64,000 nt of DNA from Eledone cirrhosa (Eukaryota): contig OZ024741.1 in assembly GCA_964016885.1 (NCBI GenBank), forward strand, positions 211,482,001-211,546,000. The letters run 5' to 3'. The notes beneath the pieces are model-generated. The model saw nothing but the letters and a program-made list of their open reading frames with translations, had not been told where the DNA came from and did no database searches. A program made the position numbers and the translations under genes. Shown here piece by piece: positions 57,524-64,000 of this stretch. Each line of letters starts with the position of its first letter. The stretch's first letter is position 1.

Positions 57524-57785
57524 AGTGGCCTCGTAGTAAGGGTGTTGAACTTACGATCACAATGTCGTCGGTTCGATTCCTGGATTGCGTGTTGTATTCT
57601 TGAGGAAAACACTTCATTTCACGTTGCTCCAGTATACTCAGCTGGAAGTGAGTACCAGCAATAGCTGGAGGTTTAATCTTGCGACGGACTGGCGTCTTGT
57701 CCAGGGGGAAGTCTTGTAGTCTCAGTCGCTTCACGGGATAATCACCGGCCAAATGAGCTTTCTCGCTTAAGACAGACTTTAGACT
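57524..57785 (+). mobile_element. tRNA-derived SINE (CORE-like family)
   Basis: gtggcctcgtagtaagg A-box, ggttcgattcc B-box, gtgttgtattcttgaggaaaacactt...ttgctccagtatactcagctg. Confidence 0.75.
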
Positions 57786-57807
57786 TTATACCTATCTATC
57801 TATCTAT

Positions 57808-58708
57808 CTGACTGGCACATCGAATGTGCTCAGGCGCTCACAGTCCTCTTGTAAACGGACCCAGTGATCAGTGGAGACTCTACTTCGACATTCTATAGAG
57901 GGCTGGTCCGCAGCAAGTGCGATGACGCGCTCGAGCAACTCTAGGCGTAGAGGAGGACGAACTGGCCAGTCTGTACGGTAGGACCTTCCGCCCGGGACCA
58001 ATGGACAACTTCCAAATGTCCCTGGCCTGGCAGTGCTACCAAGGAGCTCTACCAGTTCGAGACAATCTCTACAGACACGGGCGCCCGGGCAGGGACCGTC
58101 GCGCACGCATTTGTACAATGCCCAGGCGTTACCGACCTGTGGGGCTATGTAGAACGACTATTGTCGTGGATAAGACCAATCCAGTTGACCACCGAGTCCA
58201 TTGTCATGATCAAACCGCCACCTTCCTTCAAAAACGAGGGAGAGGCGGTTCTCCTATGTGTTATGGCTATGGTGAAATAGGTTATATGGTGGACGAGGTT
58301 AACAGGGCTGAGGTCAGACACCGTTCTCTCCGGCGAGCAACTGATTCGTTTTTTCAAATATCATTTTGGAAGAAGAATCAGGATGGAGAGAGAGGTGCTG
58401 TACCCCAGCAAATGTTATAAAAGGTGGGTGAATGTGGCAAAGATGGCCCGAGTGGTTGGGCCTTCTCTTTATATAAGCCTGTAGGTTGAGGAAAAAGAGG
58501 AAGGGAGTACTCACTCTTGGTGCTCCTGGAGATGAGGGTTGTACATTTTTTCCGGGTGTGTACAACCCCTGTGTAACGCTTCCCCCGTTATGGGGGATTT
58601 CAATTGTATATGTTATTTTATTAATAGTTTTATTTTCATATACCTGTATGTAAACTCCCCATTTGTATTTGTCCTCTTCTTTTGTGCCGTTGTGGCTAAT
58701 GAAGAAAT
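57808..58708 (+). mobile_element. 5'-truncated degenerate Tx1-like L1 LINE
   Basis: MDNFQMSLAWQCYQGALPVRDNLYRHGRPGRD, homologous to 60140-61095; ends gtggctaatgaagaaa followed by (ATCT)n. Confidence 0.88.
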
Positions 58709-58768
<60 letters not shown>

Positions 58769-58829
58769 TGTCCCCTTTCTTGTTGCGCCCTTGTGGCTAA
58801 TAAAGAAATCTATCTATCTATCTATCTAA

Positions 58830-61095
58830 GGCATGCCGGACTTGTTCTCTGGTATCCTCGAAGCCGTCTACTGCAATTGGCAGCAGAACGGGAGAATTCC
58901 CAGTTCTGCAGGCAAGGGCGTAATAACGCTGATCAGGAAAGACGAGAACAGGGGGGACGAAATTAACAACTTCAGGCCCATAACTCTGCTCAACACAGAG
59001 TTAAAGATTTTGGCCAAGGTGCTAGCGACGAGGTTGGCGCTTGTCGTCGAGAACCTGGTAGGGAAAGCGCAAACGTGTGCAATCCCGACCAGGTCCATAC
59101 ACGACAACCTCCACCTCATGCGATACATCATAGAGAGGGTGGGTAGTAAACCCGGCTTCGGTGGGGCTCTGATCAACTTGGATCAGTCTAAGGCATTCGA
59201 TAGGGTCGACCATCGATACTTGGAAGCGGTTCTCAAGGCGGCCGGTTTCGGTCGCGTGTTCAGAGGATGGATCGAGGCGATGCACACCAGCATCTGCTCG
59301 AGGGTCAAAGTGAACGGCTACCTATCGGAGCCGTTCGCAATCACGCGTTCCATTCGACAGGGATGCCCTCTCTCCTCCATTCTGTATGTATTGACTCTAG
59401 AGCCACTACTGCGGAAATTGGAGCTGTTGCAGGGCATCCCCCTAGAACCGGGACTGCGCAAAGCGGCGTCGGCTTATGCCGACGACGTGACAGTAATAGT
59501 GTCGAGCACCTCGGAAATCGGGGTGATCGGCAACATACTGAAAGAATACGAAACGGTGACGGGAGCAAAACTAAACCCAGACAAGTCTGTCGGTTTGCAA
59601 CTCGGTACGTGGAGAGGCAAACCGATGACATCCGACAGCGTCGTTTGACGCTGGACGGACGGACCGGTGAAATTGCTCGGGGTCTGGTTCGGTCCAGACC
59701 TCCAGGTGGAGAAAAACTGGAACGAGGTCACGGCCAAGGTGTTTGCACTCACTCAGAAGTGGGCAGAGTGCAAACTGTCCTTGAAAGGTCGAGCGGAGGT
59801 GGCGAACACTTTCATAGCGTCCGTCATCTACTACCGCTTGACTGTCGTGCCTTGTCCCCGTGAACACCTCGCCAAGATGGAACGCATGCTCTTCCAATTT
59901 CTGTGGAAGAAGCAGGCTCCGCTGGTGAGGAGATCCGTCTGCTGTCAGCACCCTTCCAACGGAGGGCTGGGAATGCCGTGGCTGATGATGCGCAAACATG
60001 CGCTGAGGCTGCGGCATCTCCAGGTATTCCTCACCGACCCCCAACCGGTGTAGGCACCGTTTGTGAGACAGGCTTTCCCACAGCTCGTCTCGCTAACGGA
60101 GCTGCAGTCCTGGGTGAAGAAAAGACCGAAAACGATGGGTGCCTGGCACATTGAATGCACTCATGCGCTCACAGTCCTCTGGCAAGCGGGCGCAGCAATC
60201 AGTGGAGACTCCACTTCGACATTCTATAGAGGGATTGTACGTTACAAGGGCGACGACGTGCTCGGAGAGACTCTGGGCGTCGAAGACGATGAGCTCACCA
60301 GTAAGTTTGGTAGGACTTTCCGCCCGGGACCTATGGACAACTTCCAGAGGTCCCTGGCCTGGCAGTGCTACCGAGGAGCTCTACCGGTTCGTGACAAGAT
60401 CTACAGGCACGGACGCCCTGGCAGGGATCCTTCCAAGAGGACGTGTCCAAGATGTGCGCAGGACATTGAAACAGTTCTGCACGCAATTGTACACTGCCCG
60501 GGCGTAAGCGACCTGTGGAACTATGCAGAACAACTGCTGTCGCGTATGGGACAAATACAGTTGACTGCCGAGTCCATAGTAAGGATCAAACCGCCAGACT
60601 CTTTCAAAAACGAAAGAGAGGCGGTTTTCCTCTGTACGGTGGCTATGGTGAAAAAAGTTATATGGTGGACGAGGTTGAGAGGACTGAGGACAGATGCCTT
60701 TCTCTCCGGACAACAATTGATTCCCTTCTTTAAGTATCACTTTAGAAGGAGAATCAGGGTGGAGAGAGAGGCACTGCACCCCAGTAAATTTACTGAAAGG
60801 TAGGTGAATGAAGCGAAAATGGCCCGAGTGATTGGGCCTTCTCTGTTTATAAGCCTGTAGGTTGAGGAAGAGAGCAAAAGGAAGAAAGGAGCACTTGCAC
60901 AACACGCTCCTTGAGTTGAGGGTTGTTCTATCGACGGGGTATTAAACAACCCATTTGTGGCGCCTCCCCCCTATTGGGGATTTCGATTGTTGAAATTGTT
61001 TGTTTTTATATTTTTTACACGACTGTATGTAAAATCCCCGGCATGTCTTTGTATTGTCCCCTTTCTTGTTGCGCCCTTGTGGCTAATAAAGAAAT
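58830..61095 (+). mobile_element. 5'-truncated Tx1-like L1 LINE (RT to C-terminal zinc finger), ORF2 58833-60860 with three in-frame stops
   Basis: NFRPITLLNTELKILAKVLATRL, LDQSKAFDRVDH, SIRQGCPLS, AYADD, LSLKGRAEV, GGLGMP, CPRC...ETVLHAIVHC; 3' gtggctaataaagaa followed by ATCT. Confidence 0.93.
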
Positions 61096-61469
61096 CTATC
61101 TATTTCTATCTCTCTCATTATCTTTTTATATCTATCTTTTTTTTCTTTCATTCTCAGTCCGTAGTGGCCGTTTATTTTTGACGTTCCTTCTGGTGTTATC
61201 ACTAACTAATTTAGAAACAATCAACGGCTCTCTCCTGTTACAGAGAAAATGATATCATTTTAACAATAACAATTAATTATCTGCGGACGAATCCTGGACA
61301 GTGGGTAGAGCGATGACCAAACAGTCGCTTGTGTATGCGAGTCTCCCGCTTAACGCCATTGGTGTTTTTCAAGAAAAAGACATCTAATACAACTTGTGAC
61401 CAGTGTCGTTACAACTCATATTTTTCAGCTGAGTGGCCAGGAGCAACGAGTAATAATTGCTTCTACTTT

Positions 61470-61650
61470 TGGCACAAGGCTAGAAAATACCCAGTACATT
61501 ACTTGTACTTTATTTATTGTATCGACCCCGTAAGGATGAAAGGCTGAATTAACCTCGGTGGGATTTGAACTCAGTCCGTAAAGGGACATAACCCTGTGCT
61601 GCAAAGCATGGCGTCCGACCCTCTACCGATTCTGCCAATCCTCCGCCCTT
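61470..61650 (-). mobile_element. tRNA-derived SINE with Nin/Deu-like domain
   Basis: Reverse complement of the 26652 family (ggatgaaaggctgaattaacctcggtgggatttgaactcag...tctgccaa). Confidence 0.78.
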
Positions 61651-64000
61651 TATAATAATATCTCATGCTCAAGGGTACAACGCGCTGTCAATTTCGGGAT
61701 TCGAAGTAATGACCTTGTGATCGTCAACCCAACACTCAAACCACGAAAGCATTATAAACCTTAATCACTAAGTTCCACGACAGACTTCACACTTATCAAG
61801 GGGTTCATTTTTGAAGCAATGTTTTACTGCCATATATTTCTCCGAGCCCAAACCAATTTAGTTACATTTGACTACACGTTGTGCCGCTGTATATCAACTC
61901 TAATCTGTATTCACAGAAAAGATTTTCGACTGGATAAACGAATATATTTGATGAATAGATATCGGGTAATTAATATCATTAACACGAATTATATTTGATT
62001 GATAACTCTGATAAGTGATAGATAAAATTCCACTGGATATCATTTTTTTTTCTATAATAATTATGATAAATTTATTTGTGTTCCAGTAGATATTATATCG
62101 ATCTAAATTACCTTCAGGTATTTCTAGAATAGTTATTTTATGGATATTTGGGCATAAAACAACAACCTGATGTGGATCAGGTTTGAAATTAAGACAGTGT
62201 AGTGTCGAACAAATTATGAATAAAACATCGAGTTTGACATAACTGTTGTTTCGGTAAATAGTACAGACATTCAGTTATGGTAGAAAGAAACAATTATTTA
62301 TGAGTTATTGTTTTATGCTAGTTTTTCTAAGCATTGCATCTATTGTATGAGTCTCAGATCGTAGCCCTGTTTCATGGGTATTCGGCGAATGAATCAACAC
62401 GACTGCCCCTGAACAAGACTAATGTCTGTCGTATGGCTAGCCCTCACCTACCACTGGTACTAATTTTCAGCAGGGGTTAACTGAAACCACAGGAAATGGA
62501 GTGGCTTGGCAAATATATGACCCATTTTCGGTCTGGGAATCGAACCCACCACCCTAAGGTTGTGAGATGAATATCTTAACCAATAGGTTGCGCACTTTTA
62601 TCACAAATATTTATGAATTAAAAAACAAGGTTTTATTGTTGAGATTGGAGGACATTATCGTCTGCTACTACCAGGGAAATTATGGCTGAATGATTAAGAT
62701 GTCTTTTTAGCAATCATGAGGTGGAGTCTTCGGGCCTAATGCACGACAATTTCGTCAAGTGTCTTTTACACAGGCCCGGATCGAACCTAATCTTGTGAGT
62801 GAAATTGGGTAGACGGAAACTGCATGGAATTTCATCGGAATGATTGTACCTGTAAGTCTAAGGTTTAGTTTTGACATATGTTGTGTTGCACAGATTTGTC
62901 TGTGAAATACGTGACGGATGCACGTGTATACGGGATACTCAACCACGTAAGCCTTAATTCACAAAGTGGATATCCAGTTGATGGAAAAACTAAATGTTCA
63001 CCTGTAATTTTAATGTTCAACCCTCGCCTATATTGTGTGACACTGATTTGGGTTGGGGGTTACCTGAAGGATATATATGTCTGTGGAATACTCAACCACT
63101 TACCTGTTAATTAACAAAATAGATAGATATTACGTTGGTCGAATAGCTAAATATTCATAGTGGAGAGTGACAAAGGAATCATCAAAATATGAGATCAATC
63201 GATCCACGAAAAAGAAAAGAAAGAAAGAAGACCAGAGAATAAGATTAAAACGAAGATCTACTTTGAATCGAACTTGTGATCGGAGAAGACACAGTAAGAA
63301 TGATTACTGGAAAGAGTTGGAACCACATTAGTACAGTTTGTAGTGCACAGTAGACTTTCCACTACACAAGTCATACTTAGATGATAAAGAACAAAATAAA
63401 TGAAGAAAACAAAATGACAAAATGTTTCCTTGCCATTACGATAACTCGTAACAAATTCGATATATTGATATAATTTTGCAAAAAAAAACAATACAAAAAC
63501 AAACAAACAAACAAAAACATGATAATAATAAAAAGTAAATAAAAAACAAAAAACAAAAATGAAAGATCTTTTTTTTCCCGTTATAATGTTTGCCAATGAT
63601 TCAGGGATATGAAAATATATAAAACAAAAAAATAAATAAATAAATAAAACGAAAGCAACACCAACATAAAAGAATAAAAAAAGAAAGTAACTGAAAATCC
63701 CCAGCTTTTTTGGCAAACAGCAGCAATTGAAAGGAATAAGTGAGTAAAAAGCTAAGATGGTATATCAAACTAGAGACAATTAGAAGAGAATTGAGGAAAG
63801 TTATGTAAGTAGATTATGTATAGAAAATGGCGACGGTGTTATATATCGGCGACAGTAAGTACGACAAAAAACGCGGGATAATGAGATCAGAGTGATAACA
63901 GTGAAGAAATTTGTTGCGGTAAAAAGGATGAATGACGACGGTGAAGGGGGTGTTGATGTTGGTAATGGTGCTGGTGGTGCTGCTGATGATGATCCTGGTG

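Overview
AT-rich, microsatellite-saturated animal DNA; the SINE types and repeat landscape suggest an octopus or other coleoid cephalopod (inference). No host gene can be supported. The window is a nest of retroelements that partition by microsatellite target. Penelope-like elements (PLEs) sit in (TA)n, R4/Dong-like RLE LINEs in (TACA)n, and Tx1-like L1 LINEs in (ATCT)n. There is also a Tc1 transposon, a small Helitron with a nested RTE tail, and tRNA-derived SINEs. The centrepiece is an apparently intact Naiad-type PLE (739-aa RT plus GIY-YIG ORF, 13494-15713, minus) inside a ~3.1-kb-arm inverted duplication. The most striking signal is about ten unrelated short PLE terminal-repeat (pLTR) families, mostly inserted as fold-back palindromes. 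Nearly all carry a minimal type-I hammerhead ribozyme. They share several features: a recurrent C.C mismatch at pair 4 of stem II, U3:A8 core-swap variants (one also G12-C13-A14), a tail motif (ACTCC...GTYGAGTRCT) 45-75 nt from the insertion end, and in two families a spaced E2F/E-box/CCAAT/TATA promoter module. All alignments and folds were done by eye; boundaries may be off by a few to tens of bases.
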